Shown: positions 18,103 through 27,624 of the stretch, in pieces
Position numbering within the stretch: position 1 is the first letter of the stretch
How the letters are laid out: each line of letters begins with the position of its first letter
From: a virus
Lineage: Duplodnaviria; Caudoviricetes
IMG/VR virus record: IMGVR_UViG_3300031520_000196
Span: 1 to 38,973 of that record
Strand: one strand, 5' to 3'
DNA length: 38,973 bases
The notes under the pieces: generated by a model
What the model saw: only the letters and a program-made list of their open reading frames with translations
What the model was told of the DNA's origin: nothing
Database searches by the model: none
Translations under genes and position numbers: made by a program

Positions 18103-19851
18103 CTATGCTCCTTTGACGATTTCGTTGTTGGGTGTGCCTGCGTTCACGATGAATGCCGCTGGCGCGCCGCTCTGCAGCGCCTGGCTATGCTGCGCCGACG
18201 TGCTTGCGCTCACGCCACTGCCTGCTGGTTTGCCGCCGCTGTCGCCCCCCGGTGGCGGCGCGGCCAGGATGGTGACATAGATGCCGATGTCAGTCTCGGG
18301 TATTTGGCCGGCGAAGGTGAAGGCGATGTTCTCTACATAGAGTGCGATCTGCGTCATTGTGGCGATATTGATGGATGCGGTAATCGTCACACTCGCGCCT
18401 GGCGCGAGTGTGCCGCTTACTTGACTGATTGAGAACCAGCTCAAGCCATTCGTTCTCGCGTTCCAGGTACCGGATGCAGTGCCTGTATTCGTGAGTGTCA
18501 CGGTTTGCGTCGGGGGGTTGCTGCCGCCGACGATCGCAGTAAAATTGATGGCCGATGTACTCACCGATGCCATTGGCGCGGTTGCCGCTGTGACTACAAG
18601 CTGTACTGTCACCACAGCGGCGGTGCTGCCCATACTGAACGTCACGGTCGCGCTATACGTCCCTGGCACAAGCCCTGTGAGACTCACTGAGAGCGCAACC
18701 ACTTGATTTGCCCCTGCCGCGAGCGTGCCGCCTGGACTCACTGAGAGCCAGCCTGTGCCACTACCATAGGTGATCGCGCTGGTCCACGCGCCCGATGTGC
18801 CGCCTGTATTGGAGATGGTTACATTCTGGTTTGCCGGATTCGTCCCGCCCTGTATGCCGGAGAAGTTGAGTGCTAGTGGCGATGCTGCTATGGCTGCCGG
18901 GCTGCCACTCAGGTATTTCGTGACTTCATTCGCGAGTGAGACATACTGCGGTGCTGTCGAAGTCGGCCCATTCTTGTTGGCGAGGTAATATTCCATCTCG
19001 AAGTGGCAGGCCATGTCTATGTTGTTGGCGACTAAGCCCTCCAGCGCATTGGTCATGTACTGGCCGTTGAAGCTGTTGTTGGCTGGTGCATTGCTCGTAT
19101 AGCCCTGGCTTGGCTGATTGGGGTCGGTGGGAGAGTTGTTGTACCACGCGTCACAGTTGTACTCGGTGCAACACATAGCCAGGTTCAGTGCAGCGTATGC
19201 CGTCCCTGCCAGTCGTTGTTTGACCTGTGCGCGCAGCGTGGCGCCCGACGAGCCAATTTTTGACGCGTCTGCTAACGCCTGCGCTTGGGCAACGCGTGTC
19301 TTGGTGGTCGTGGGATAGACGTGATACGAGATGGCATCGGGCATCACGTTGTTATAGACGCATTGGTCAAGCCAGGGCAGAAGAAATGATGACACATTGC
19401 TAAACACACCCAGCACGGGGCCAATGAACTTCGCGCCTGGATCGATGGCTCGGCAGGCGTTGATCGATGTTTGCCAGTAGCCGAAGTAGCTTTGCGCGGT
19501 ATAGCCGTTGATGTCTGGCTCATTGCCATGCTCGTAAAGAAAGCACGTGCCTTTGAACTTTGTCACCACGTGCTGGTTGAAGGTGCTATCCCTGGTTCTC
19601 AAGATCAGCAGTGGTACCGCGCCTGTTGCCAGGATCGCGTTCATCATGGCGTCCAACTGGGTGTCGCTGTAGTTATTGGGGGGCGATGCAGAGTCATTAC
19701 ACGATGCGCGAATGATGGTCACGCCCGCTGCCTTCATCTGGCCCTGGACGTTGGTGTTGGTGTAGAGCGCCGTATCGTAGTTCGGCGTGTTCGTACCGAA
19801 AATGAGGTTCGATACGCCTCCTACGAGCTGTTGGCCTGGAAGCAATGCCAT
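18103..19851 (-). CDS. Clan GH-A glycoside hydrolase (GH39-like) with two BACON/Ig-like repeats
   Basis: GNEPD acid/base, ISYHVY, TEYN nucleophile; repeats GGTNPANQNVTISNTG..WL and GGSNPPTQTVTLTNTG..WF. Confidence 0.75.
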   Translation of the reverse strand: MALLPGQQLVGGVSNLIFGTNTPNYDTALYTNTNVQGQMKAAGVTIIRASCNDSASPPNNYSDTQLDAMMNAILATGAVPLLILRTRDSTFNQHVVTKFKGTCFLYEHGNEPDINGYTAQSYFGYWQTSINACRAIDPGAKFIGPVLGVFSNVSSFLLPWLDQCVYNNVMPDAISYHVYPTTTKTRVAQAQALADASKIGSSGATLRAQVKQRLAGTAYAALNLAMCCTEYNCDAWYNNSPTDPNQPSQGYTSNAPANNSFNGQYMTNALEGLVANNIDMACHFEMEYYLANKNGPTSTAPQYVSLANEVTKYLSGSPAAIAASPLALNFSGIQGGTNPANQNVTISNTGGTSGAWTSAITYGSGTGWLSVSPGGTLAAGANQVVALSVSLTGLVPGTYSATVTFSMGSTAAVVTVQLVVTAATAPMASVSTSAINFTAIVGGSNPPTQTVTLTNTGTASGTWNARTNGLSWFSISQVSGTLAPGASVTITASINIATMTQIALYVENIAFTFAGQIPETDIGIYVTILAAPPPGGDSGGKPAGSGVSASTSAQHSQALQSGAPAAFIVNAGTPNNEIVKGA

Positions 19852-19915
19852 CTCTCTCTACACCTTTACTCCTCTGCGTTCAACCATGCCCGAATTGGTC
19901 ATGTTTGACGCAAGA

Positions 19916-20206
19916 TCACGCGTCGTTGCTGGCGCTGCCTGGGTTGGCGATGATATCTCCTGCGCCTTGTGCATGGAAGCTCGCAGCCGTATAGCTGGTG
20001 CCAAGCAATGCATTAAGGTTGGTGGCGATGTTGGCGAAGGTCTGTGTTGCAGAGGGATCGACGCGTACAAACGTTCCGTCCAGGGGCAGCACTCCATCGG
20101 CTGCGAGCTGCACAATGGCAAGTGTGCGTGGGTTGAGGTAGCTGCCTATTGGGGCAGTTTGGCCGCCGTTATAGCGACCATAGGTGAGTTCAAGAAGGTC
20201 TAACAT
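19916..20206 (-). CDS. Small virion-associated hypothetical protein
   Basis: 96 aa, RBS GAAAGGAA, in operon. Confidence 0.65.
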   Translation of the reverse strand: MLDLLELTYGRYNGGQTAPIGSYLNPRTLAIVQLAADGVLPLDGTFVRVDPSATQTFANIATNLNALLGTSYTAASFHAQGAGDIIANPGSASNDA

Positions 20207-20264
20207 TGTATGGTTCCTTTCATTTTCGCAAATGAATGAATAGAGGACAAAAGGAAGTGTGCAT

Positions 20265-21935
20265 TTAAGCCATGCGATACCAGAGGTTAGTCACACTGTC
20301 CCACACGAACTGTCGTGCGGAGGTTGCCGCAATCACATCACTTGCTCCATCGGCGACATTGCTGCTCGCCGCTGCGAAGGTGATGCTAAACGCGCTCTCG
20401 TTTACAACCGTGATCTTCTGGCCGGGTTGTGTGCCTGCCTGCAGGATGATTCCGGTTACTGCTGCCGCTGGTGCGACTCGTGCGACCTGTAAGCCTGCTG
20501 TGTTGATGGTACCTCCTGTGGCGAGTGCTGGCGCGGTGGCACTCTGGCCGCCGCACACGATACCATTGAACATCACGCCGCCAATGCCATCGAAGTTGAG
20601 CTGGTCGGCTAGGTTGTTGTAGGTGCCGCTCCACAGGTAGAGCGGTGTGTTGTTGACCAGCTCAAGCTTCTTGAACATCGTGTTGACGTTCAGGAAGTCA
20701 TTAACCCCATCATTGATGGTAAAGCCGCTGTTGGCCTTGGCCGTGAACGTATAACCGCCGCCTTTGTTGTGCGTCCCATCGGAAGCGAGTCCCTGGATAT
20801 GCAGTTTCAACACACTGGTTTGTTGCGACGTGCCATGCACAGCTTCACCTGCTGACTGATCGCAGGTGAAATCGAGGTCATTATAGCCGCCCTCATTGGC
20901 AAGGTAGAGCGCGCCGTTGGCTCCCTGGCAATTCGAGATGCGACTGTTGATGCGGCAATGTGTCGGCGCGTAGCCAGTCGTTAGACCTGCATTTTGCAAG
21001 ATCATGCCTGGGTAGGGTGTTTGTCCCCCTACCTGCCCGATCTGGAATCCGCTGCCCGTGGTGGTAGAGCCGCCGAAGGCGTTGCCACCGATCCAGTTGA
21101 AGCCGCTGCCGAGCACCACGCATTGTACGGTGTCGCTACTTTCGGCCTGGCAGTTCAGACAATAGGTGTCGGCTGCCTCACACAAGAACGCTACTGCGTT
21201 GACTGCATAGTTTGGCTGCCACGCGTGCATGGCGGTGAGCTGACAGCCGACAGCATTGGGTGCCAGGTGCAGACAATGGTTCGTCTCAAAAAACGAAACG
21301 AGATTGACGAACTGGCTATCATGTGGTCCGCCAAACTGCACGCCAATGCCGCCGCTGTGGTGCGTCTTGACGTTGACCCACTGCGCCTCCATCGAGTCGG
21401 ACGCGAAATTGTTGTTGCTATTCCAGTCACTCAAAATGTTGCCGGAGTAGCCGTAACGGACTTCCAGGTTTTGCAGGATGTAACTATAGCCATAGAAGCG
21501 CAGAGGATACGATGGGCCTGCGGTCTGGTTGGCCTTGTTGCCATCCAGGGTCATATCGCGGAACGAGAAGTTGTAGAGCGTGCCCTGTGGACCAACACCA
21601 AACGCTGCACTCAAGTTGATAAGGTTGGTCTGCGCGCTGAACAGGTCAGCGTTCGCGCCATTCTTGAGCTTGATGATTGTCGCGGCCTTGCCAGAACCGA
21701 CGTAGTTCACACGTGGGTAAATGGTTTGTGGGCCAGTGATGTATACGCCGGGCGGGAAGTAGACGGTGCCACCGTTGACGTTGGCGGCTGCGATGGCGGC
21801 TGTGATGGCGGCGGTATCGTCGGTGACGCCATCGCCCGCGGCGTTGTAGTTTTTGACGTTGAGGTAGGTCCCGGCCAGGCCAGCCATGGAGGCGATGTTG
21901 ACCAGGAGATTCCCTTGAGCATCATAATTGGACAT
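20265..21935 (-). CDS. Tailspike-like right-handed beta-helix (pectate lyase 3-like) protein
   Basis: NVKNYNAAGDGVTDDTAAITAAI..GGTVYFPPGVY signature; G/N/T-rich. Confidence 0.8.
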   Translation of the reverse strand: MSNYDAQGNLLVNIASMAGLAGTYLNVKNYNAAGDGVTDDTAAITAAIAAANVNGGTVYFPPGVYITGPQTIYPRVNYVGSGKAATIIKLKNGANADLFSAQTNLINLSAAFGVGPQGTLYNFSFRDMTLDGNKANQTAGPSYPLRFYGYSYILQNLEVRYGYSGNILSDWNSNNNFASDSMEAQWVNVKTHHSGGIGVQFGGPHDSQFVNLVSFFETNHCLHLAPNAVGCQLTAMHAWQPNYAVNAVAFLCEAADTYCLNCQAESSDTVQCVVLGSGFNWIGGNAFGGSTTTGSGFQIGQVGGQTPYPGMILQNAGLTTGYAPTHCRINSRISNCQGANGALYLANEGGYNDLDFTCDQSAGEAVHGTSQQTSVLKLHIQGLASDGTHNKGGGYTFTAKANSGFTINDGVNDFLNVNTMFKKLELVNNTPLYLWSGTYNNLADQLNFDGIGGVMFNGIVCGGQSATAPALATGGTINTAGLQVARVAPAAAVTGIILQAGTQPGQKITVVNESAFSITFAAASSNVADGASDVIAATSARQFVWDSVTNLWYRMA

Positions 21936-22012
21936 GTGTTTCCCTCTTTCTTGAGGCTGGTCAACTGTCCATAAGATGAGGAAAGTTGACCGTTGAGCTT
22001 CTTTGAGGGAAA

Positions 22013-24121
22013 CTAGATGCCTCTGTATAAGCCTCTATAATCTACTGCACAGCCTCCGTACTCATGACGCACCTTATACGAAATGGCATCCTGAGTGAAG
22101 TTCAGGCCGAATAAAGGTTGGTCCTGGATGAAGAGCGCGGGATTCACCTGTCCTCCAACAAACCCGATCTCGATGGTGTCGATCTCTCTCGGATCGCCAA
22201 TCAAAAACCACTGTGTCGCGCTCGACAACTGAGGTGAGATGATCGGCATGACGTAGCCGAGCATGGGGTTGATGTCGTTGTTGTTGTTGCCTGGCACGCC
22301 TGCCGACTTGGTCACGACCATGCTCTGCCACTCTAATTCAGGCGGGACAACCAGGAACCTTGGACGTAAGCCGATACGCTTACCTGCATAGTTGGCCTGC
22401 TCTCTCATTGCCGTGATACCTGTCTGCATGGCGGCTGTCGAGAGTGCTGCCGCGCCGAGATTGTTGTGTGGTGCGCCTGTGGTGAAGAGTGCGCTGCCGT
22501 CATAGATGTTTGGGTTCGTCGAGAGGAAGCTGTACACGAACTCTGCAAGCGTGTACGCTGCGGCTACAGCGAGTTTGGTTGGTATTTGTTTAATCGCCAT
22601 GAGATCGTCATTGATGATCGTCTCACGGCTCACAGTCACCAGGTTACCACGCTTCTGTGGTACATATGTGGCTGCCGAGTCGGTCAGTGTCACTGCGCTG
22701 TAAGCGGTATCCTCTGCCACAACCGGTAGTGAACCGAATGCGCCGAACCTCACGCGTGACTGTTGTTTGAAGTCGCGCACTGGCGCTATTGTGCAGAATC
22801 TTTGCCATTCAGCAGGCCATGCCTGGTAGTCTTTGAGCAAGCGCTTATTCATGCTTGTGCCAAGCAGGTAGCTAAAGCTGGCGGTGGTGGTATCAGCCTC
22901 GGAGATGCGCCCCATGGGAGCACTCTCATTGACCCGGATGCTGCCGAGACTGGTTCTGTCAGAGATGCCACCCATGAGGCTCGCATCTCCCGTTACTCTC
23001 GCATAGGCTTCACGAATGCTGCTAAAGGGATTGATGTTGCCCAGCTTGGTGGTGTCGATATCCAAATCGAACATTCTATCAAAGGCGGCCTGTACCTTTT
23101 CGGCCTCGGTGATCTGGCTGGTGATGTCGGCCTTGCTGTAGCCATTGCCACGTACAAGACCTTGCTTGGTCAGCTCAGCCAGCATATTCAGCGCGCTGGA
23201 CATCTCATCGTCAAGCTCCTGGTCCTCGAAGACACGCCCGACGAACTTGGTTTTGATGTTGGCCTTGACAGGATCAGGGAGCTTGCTGTCCTGCAAGATG
23301 CGTTCGAGGCGTACACCTGCGCGTTCGAGCTTGGCGTCCTCAAGCATCTGCTCGATCTGCAGACGCTGTTTCTCAAGTGCCTGCTTTTGTTCGATGATGT
23401 GGCTATTCATCGTTGCAGGATTACTTGTCGTGTCTGCTGTAGCAGGTGTAGCAGGGTCTGCTTGCTGCTGATTCTGTTCCTGGATGTTGGGGGTAGTTAC
23501 TTGGTCTCCCATTGTTGGGTCTCCTTGTGGGGAAGTAGTAGAGGTTGTAGTAGGAGGGGGTTGCTTTTGTGACTCGTCGGTATCTTCTGACAAGTCGTGA
23601 AGTATTCTTCGGAATGCTCCACCTGCGGAGGGTCTGGTAACGATATCGCAAGAATTGAGGCTTACGACACTTGTAACATGTTTGGCTTTTGTCGATTCGT
23701 TGTGCTGCCATTGACCGAATATATCAATGGACAAGCCAATAAGCTCTGGCCTGCCAAGTGACACGGCTTCGGCCAGCATGGACCAGAGCCACTCGGACGC
23801 CTCAAAGATGTGCAGTGTGGCGTCAACGCGGCCAACGCCTTCGGTGATGTACTCCGCATCTTTGTAGAAACCGACCACATCACGAATAGAGCGGTTTGTC
23901 TGGTCCGCTGGTGTCCTGGCATGGTCGGCGTAGGCACGCGCTCCCTCGATCATTTGAGCGATGTTTTGTAACGCTTTGGTGTCGTAGGCGAACCCATTTT
24001 TGGATGTTCCGCCTGTAATGATCGTGACGCGTACCTCGTGGCCTGCCAGGTCATCGATGGTTTGGCCTTCGATGATAAAGCTTTCGACGTGTAAAACTTG
24101 CTCCTGAATCTGCTCTGGCAT
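22013..24121 (-). CDS. Prohead protease-scaffold-major capsid protein fusion (Mu gpT-like HK97 fold)
   Basis: Protease-like GTSKNG..Y, YADH, GLSID, SCDIVTRPSAGG; coiled-coil linker; capsid-like RDFKQ, SRETIINDDL, PRFLVVPPEL, YKVRHEYG..VDYRG. Confidence 0.88.
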   Translation of the reverse strand: MPEQIQEQVLHVESFIIEGQTIDDLAGHEVRVTIITGGTSKNGFAYDTKALQNIAQMIEGARAYADHARTPADQTNRSIRDVVGFYKDAEYITEGVGRVDATLHIFEASEWLWSMLAEAVSLGRPELIGLSIDIFGQWQHNESTKAKHVTSVVSLNSCDIVTRPSAGGAFRRILHDLSEDTDESQKQPPPTTTSTTSPQGDPTMGDQVTTPNIQEQNQQQADPATPATADTTSNPATMNSHIIEQKQALEKQRLQIEQMLEDAKLERAGVRLERILQDSKLPDPVKANIKTKFVGRVFEDQELDDEMSSALNMLAELTKQGLVRGNGYSKADITSQITEAEKVQAAFDRMFDLDIDTTKLGNINPFSSIREAYARVTGDASLMGGISDRTSLGSIRVNESAPMGRISEADTTTASFSYLLGTSMNKRLLKDYQAWPAEWQRFCTIAPVRDFKQQSRVRFGAFGSLPVVAEDTAYSAVTLTDSAATYVPQKRGNLVTVSRETIINDDLMAIKQIPTKLAVAAAYTLAEFVYSFLSTNPNIYDGSALFTTGAPHNNLGAAALSTAAMQTGITAMREQANYAGKRIGLRPRFLVVPPELEWQSMVVTKSAGVPGNNNNDINPMLGYVMPIISPQLSSATQWFLIGDPREIDTIEIGFVGGQVNPALFIQDQPLFGLNFTQDAISYKVRHEYGGCAVDYRGLYRGI

Positions 24122-24126
24122 GGCCG

Positions 24127-24930
24127 TTACTTTTCCTCGTCGCGCAGTCCGTCCATGAGCAAGCTCATATGACGTGCGCGCGTGTTGTTATAGCCTCTCT
24201 GGTCCATCTGACTTGACGGATAGTCTTTGTCTGCGATGAGCTGCGCGGTCTTCGAGGAGTCCATCACATCGAGCGCTGACGGTTCGAGGTCGCCTGGTCG
24301 CGTGAACATATGCACTTGTTGTGTCAGATCGGGGTGCTGCAGATCAGGTACCATCGGGTCTGGCATGAGAGGATTCCGATTAACCATGAGGCCGTTGGGC
24401 TGGTCGTAGTTGAGAAGGTCATTGACGCTTGGATCAACCACCAGCACATCGGTGCCTGTGTGGATATCGAGGCTGTGAGGGTGACTGTACGCGCTCAGTT
24501 CTGGCACTGCTGGGTCTGGTGCATACTCTGGATGCTGACTGATGCCAGGTCCTGTCAGATCGCCGTGCGCGAGTCCTGGCACACCAAAGTCAGGCATACC
24601 AAAGTCGGGTGCGATACCAACGGCTGGCACATTCGGACGTGCGACCACATCTGGTGTTGGCACTCCATCCACTCCTGCCAGGTTGAGGTCGGGGATAGTA
24701 TTACCTGGGTCAATGCCGCCCTGCTCCGGGGAACCTGAAAGCTCAGGAATGGCAGGGATGACCTTCTCAGGTGTGGGGGTAGGCGGTTGGATGCTGCTGC
24801 CTGATGCGACATTCCAGCCGTCTGTACCGGCTAAATTGAGGTCTGGTACTGTGCCGCCAGGAGGCATGGGGTAGCCTGGTCCTTGAAGTGAGTTGTCGGG
24901 GTAGTTGTGGTAGTTGGGGAATTTGTTCAA
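24127..24930 (-). CDS. Pro/Asp/Gly-rich repetitive, probably disordered protein
   Basis: Repeated (V/I)P(D/E)L motifs, e.g. TVPDLNLAGTDG and TIPDLNLAGVDG. Confidence 0.7.
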   Translation of the reverse strand: MNKFPNYHNYPDNSLQGPGYPMPPGGTVPDLNLAGTDGWNVASGSSIQPPTPTPEKVIPAIPELSGSPEQGGIDPGNTIPDLNLAGVDGVPTPDVVARPNVPAVGIAPDFGMPDFGVPGLAHGDLTGPGISQHPEYAPDPAVPELSAYSHPHSLDIHTGTDVLVVDPSVNDLLNYDQPNGLMVNRNPLMPDPMVPDLQHPDLTQQVHMFTRPGDLEPSALDVMDSSKTAQLIADKDYPSSQMDQRGYNNTRARHMSLLMDGLRDEEK

Positions 24931-25349
24931 CGTAGTCTCCTTAGTTTCGCTTCTATGTGGGTTCCAGTGGGTACGATTCCTTGTGGTACAGCCTCGATTA
25001 TCTCGTACTTCTTCGCCGAGGCGACAGCTGCTGCTGTGGCGGTGGTGGTATCCGCGATAAACGCAACGCCTGTGAAGTTGGTGCCGAGTGGCGCAATGCA
25101 GAGCATGTCGAAGTAGAGTCGAGGTGGTATGCCTGCTGAATCGGGTATCTGGGGATCGATGATGCTTTCAGGTCGGAAAATGACGCTGATTGCCACGTAT
25201 GAATATACGCCTGCCGCCTGGTACACAAACACGACAGTTTTCGTGCGTCCGGCGAACGTCTTATTCACAATCTGCTGAATGTGTGCTGCCTTGCGTGGAT
25301 CAAGTGGCATTGCGGAAAGCTCCATACTGAGAATGACAATCATTCTCAA
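24927..25349 (-). CDS. Hypothetical protein, possible head-closure (start may be ATG 25310)
   Basis: Beta-rich, ending YEIIEAVP.G...THIEAKLRR as in head-closure proteins. Confidence 0.55.
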   Translation of the reverse strand: MRMIVILSMELSAMPLDPRKAAHIQQIVNKTFAGRTKTVVFVYQAAGVYSYVAISVIFRPESIIDPQIPDSAGIPPRLYFDMLCIAPLGTNFTGVAFIADTTTATAAAVASAKKYEIIEAVPQGIVPTGTHIEAKLRRLR

Positions 25350-25352
25350 TTG

Positions 25353-25550
25353 CTAGAATGGCTGGTGCTCAACGTCGCGATTGGGCTTCTCGTGGATGTG
25401 GTGCTGGTGCTGCACCTTCTTGTGCTTGGGGTGTGGGTGTTTCTGTGCCTTGGGATGTCCACCGTGACGTGCATGGCCGCTGCCTGTACTTCTGTACACC
25501 GCAGAGAAGTTGAGTGCGCTGGTCTCGAAGCCTGCGTTATTGTTACTCAT
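25353..25550 (-). CDS. Small His/Lys-rich protein
   Basis: RBS GGAGG at 25557-25561; GHARHGGHPKAQKHPHPKHKKVQHQHHIHEK. Confidence 0.6.
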   Translation of the reverse strand: MSNNNAGFETSALNFSAVYRSTGSGHARHGGHPKAQKHPHPKHKKVQHQHHIHEKPNRDVEHQPF

Positions 25551-25554
25551 ATCT

Positions 25555-25597
25555 GACCTCCTGAGCGTAAGCTAGACGCGAAGCGGCGTTGGAGGTC
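25555..25597 (+). repeat. Three-way-junction motif copy 6
   Basis: GACCTCC-TGA-GCgtaaGC-TA-GACGCgaaGCGGC-GTT-GGAGGTC; fills the gap after the portal gene. Confidence 0.85.
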
Positions 25598-25603
25598 TGA
25601 ATA

Positions 25604-27082
25604 TCAAAAGTGTTCATTGGTCATAGCTCCTGCTTGCGTTGTCGCCATAGCTCGAATGCGATCAAGCTCCTCGTGGACATTGACTTCCTGGTTGAAGGAT
25701 TTGTACATCAGCGTCATAGCGGTTTCGTCGGATATCCATCCCTGCGCCTTTGCGAGTGCTAGAGCTTGCGTGACATAGCTCAACGCCTGGCCCACCAGGC
25801 CAATATCTTCCGCGTCAATCTCTGGAAAGATAATCTCGTAGGCAGCATTCTTTGGTACCTTGTTGCCAAACTTGCCGGCTTTTCTGGCTTCGTCAATGAC
25901 TCTATCAAGTATGGCGGTGAGAATATAGCGCATCACCTTCTGGCGTCTCTGGAACTTGAGGAGTGTTGGTAGTCCCATCTCCGCGGCCGTGGCGCGGTTG
26001 CCATTGCTGCCGTCTGATAGATAATGCTCCGGGATGATCGCGCCGAGAGCCACCATGAGTTTAATCTGCCTGCCGTCTTCCGATGCATCACCGGCATTGA
26101 TTTTTGGTTCTACGGCTGCCCACGTCTCGGCGTCGTTGTGGATAATCACACTTCCTGGCTCCGGGGGATATCCATAGTCCATCTGTTTGGATGCTATGGT
26201 CTTTTTGTCCGCTCCCCTGAGTGTCACATCATACAGAAACGCGCCTTTGTACTTGTTGATCCTGACGCGATCTGTGAGCCAATCTTTGTACCTGCGCAGC
26301 CAGGGCAAAAGTGTTGCCAGATCGCTCTTACCACGTTTGGCGTTAGAGACTTTGTTGATGGCGAACTGCAGCACCTCCGGACCTGTATTGCCCTTTGGCT
26401 GGCAACTGAACCACTCGCCTTCTGTTTCGGCCTCGGTCGGTGCGTGCGATGGGTCAAAGTGCTGTGGATCACCACTGGTCGCACTCATGACCTGACCAAT
26501 AGGCCGCCTATGCACGCGCAGAAGCTTCTCGATGTCCTCCGGGTCGGTCTCGATCTGGTCTATGACTGAGGGGTCAATCTGCCTGACCACCACGGTTCCA
26601 TCGTACTGATTGACAAAGAACCTGATGAACTGCTCGCCGTATAACGCAAGCTCGGTACAAATGAGGTAGACGCGCTCGTCCATCTTATTTGATGGGTCAT
26701 TCCAGAAATCGTCTAAGACCTTCTGTACACGAGGATTGGCTGCTGAAATAGTGAGGCCGCGGCCGAGGACGAATGAGGTGGTGATTTCGATGATGGCGCT
26801 TGCCAGAGGATTGGCGTTGAACGCCTCGTAGCAATCATTATGTATTTGGAGATAGGTTGAGGGAATGACATCTTTTTGGTAGAAATTGTCACTCAAACGA
26901 CGCCATAGGAAGTCCTCTTCATTCCCGCTGGCAGTTCTTCCCCAGAGCTGGTCCTCCTGCGTCGGCGTTCCTGAAAAAGCAGTGGGATTGATTTGCTCAG
27001 TCACACGGTCAAGTTGAGCCTGCTCTACTGATGCTGGCTCCTGTGGTTGGGCTGTGCTTCTGAACAAATCAAATAAACTCAT
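25604..27082 (-). CDS. Portal protein
   Basis: About 490 aa; NPLASAIIEITTSFVLGRG, LALYGEQF, RGKSDL, IPEHYL..NRATA, GWISDETA; upstream of the capsid gene. Confidence 0.85.
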   Translation of the reverse strand: MSLFDLFRSTAQPQEPASVEQAQLDRVTEQINPTAFSGTPTQEDQLWGRTASGNEEDFLWRRLSDNFYQKDVIPSTYLQIHNDCYEAFNANPLASAIIEITTSFVLGRGLTISAANPRVQKVLDDFWNDPSNKMDERVYLICTELALYGEQFIRFFVNQYDGTVVVRQIDPSVIDQIETDPEDIEKLLRVHRRPIGQVMSATSGDPQHFDPSHAPTEAETEGEWFSCQPKGNTGPEVLQFAINKVSNAKRGKSDLATLLPWLRRYKDWLTDRVRINKYKGAFLYDVTLRGADKKTIASKQMDYGYPPEPGSVIIHNDAETWAAVEPKINAGDASEDGRQIKLMVALGAIIPEHYLSDGSNGNRATAAEMGLPTLLKFQRRQKVMRYILTAILDRVIDEARKAGKFGNKVPKNAAYEIIFPEIDAEDIGLVGQALSYVTQALALAKAQGWISDETAMTLMYKSFNQEVNVHEELDRIRAMATTQAGAMTNEHF

Positions 27083-27083
27083 G

Positions 27084-27548
27084 CTATGCTTCGTTCTCCT
27101 CAAGTGGCTTTATACCAAACATGCGTTCCATTATTGCGCCATAGGGGTTGCCATCATCCTTCTGATAGCGTTCTGGTAGTGGGGTAGGATTGAGATTATA
27201 CCTCACGTTAAAGCATGGGTGAAAGTGGCGAATGAGCGCGGTTTCCGCATCGTCTACATCTCCAGCGACTAATCCTGGCTCCAGGTATTGTGCGCAATCC
27301 TCAAGCGTCCATAGCTCATATGTCCATGTGCCGGAGTGTGGTGCCTGTTCTAGTATCAGTGTACCAACCTCACTTGCATCTGCCTGCCATGTTTGGCCGA
27401 GATGCTCCATGAAGCGTGTGAGTGGTTGTCGTGATTGACCGACGTAGAAGACGATAGCATCTTCTCGAAAGAGGTAGATGGGATGCCCTATGGCATCACT
27501 CGGTTTCAGTTTCCTTGCAATAATATTCTTAATGGTTGTCTGTATCAT
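27084..27548 (-). CDS. GIY-YIG nuclease-like protein
   Basis: PIYL..FYVGQS...RFMEH...ETALI..FHPCFN. Confidence 0.75.
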   Translation of the reverse strand: MIQTTIKNIIARKLKPSDAIGHPIYLFREDAIVFYVGQSRQPLTRFMEHLGQTWQADASEVGTLILEQAPHSGTWTYELWTLEDCAQYLEPGLVAGDVDDAETALIRHFHPCFNVRYNLNPTPLPERYQKDDGNPYGAIMERMFGIKPLEENEA

Positions 27549-27569
27549 GGCAACTCTCTTCTCCTTATT

Positions 27570-27615
27570 CCGAACACAAACGCCGCTTCGCGTCTAGCTT
27601 CGCTCATGTGTTCAG
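27570..27615 (-). repeat. Three-way-junction motif copy 7 (inverted orientation)
   Basis: Minus strand: CTGAACACA-TGA-GCgaaGC-TA-GACGCgaaGCGGC-GTT-TGTGTTCGG; about 10 nt after the recombinase stop. Confidence 0.85.
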
Positions 27616-27624
27616 CAATGTAGC

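Noticed and set aside
20994-23572. Plus-strand ORFs of 326 aa and 269 aa
   Set aside because: Antisense shadows of the tailspike and capsid genes.
26662-26682. TGAGGTAGACGCGCTCGTC partial motif inside portal (similar partial hits near 7445-7470 and 29585-29600)
   Set aside because: Lacks GTT, P3 or an enclosing P1 stem; probably chance.
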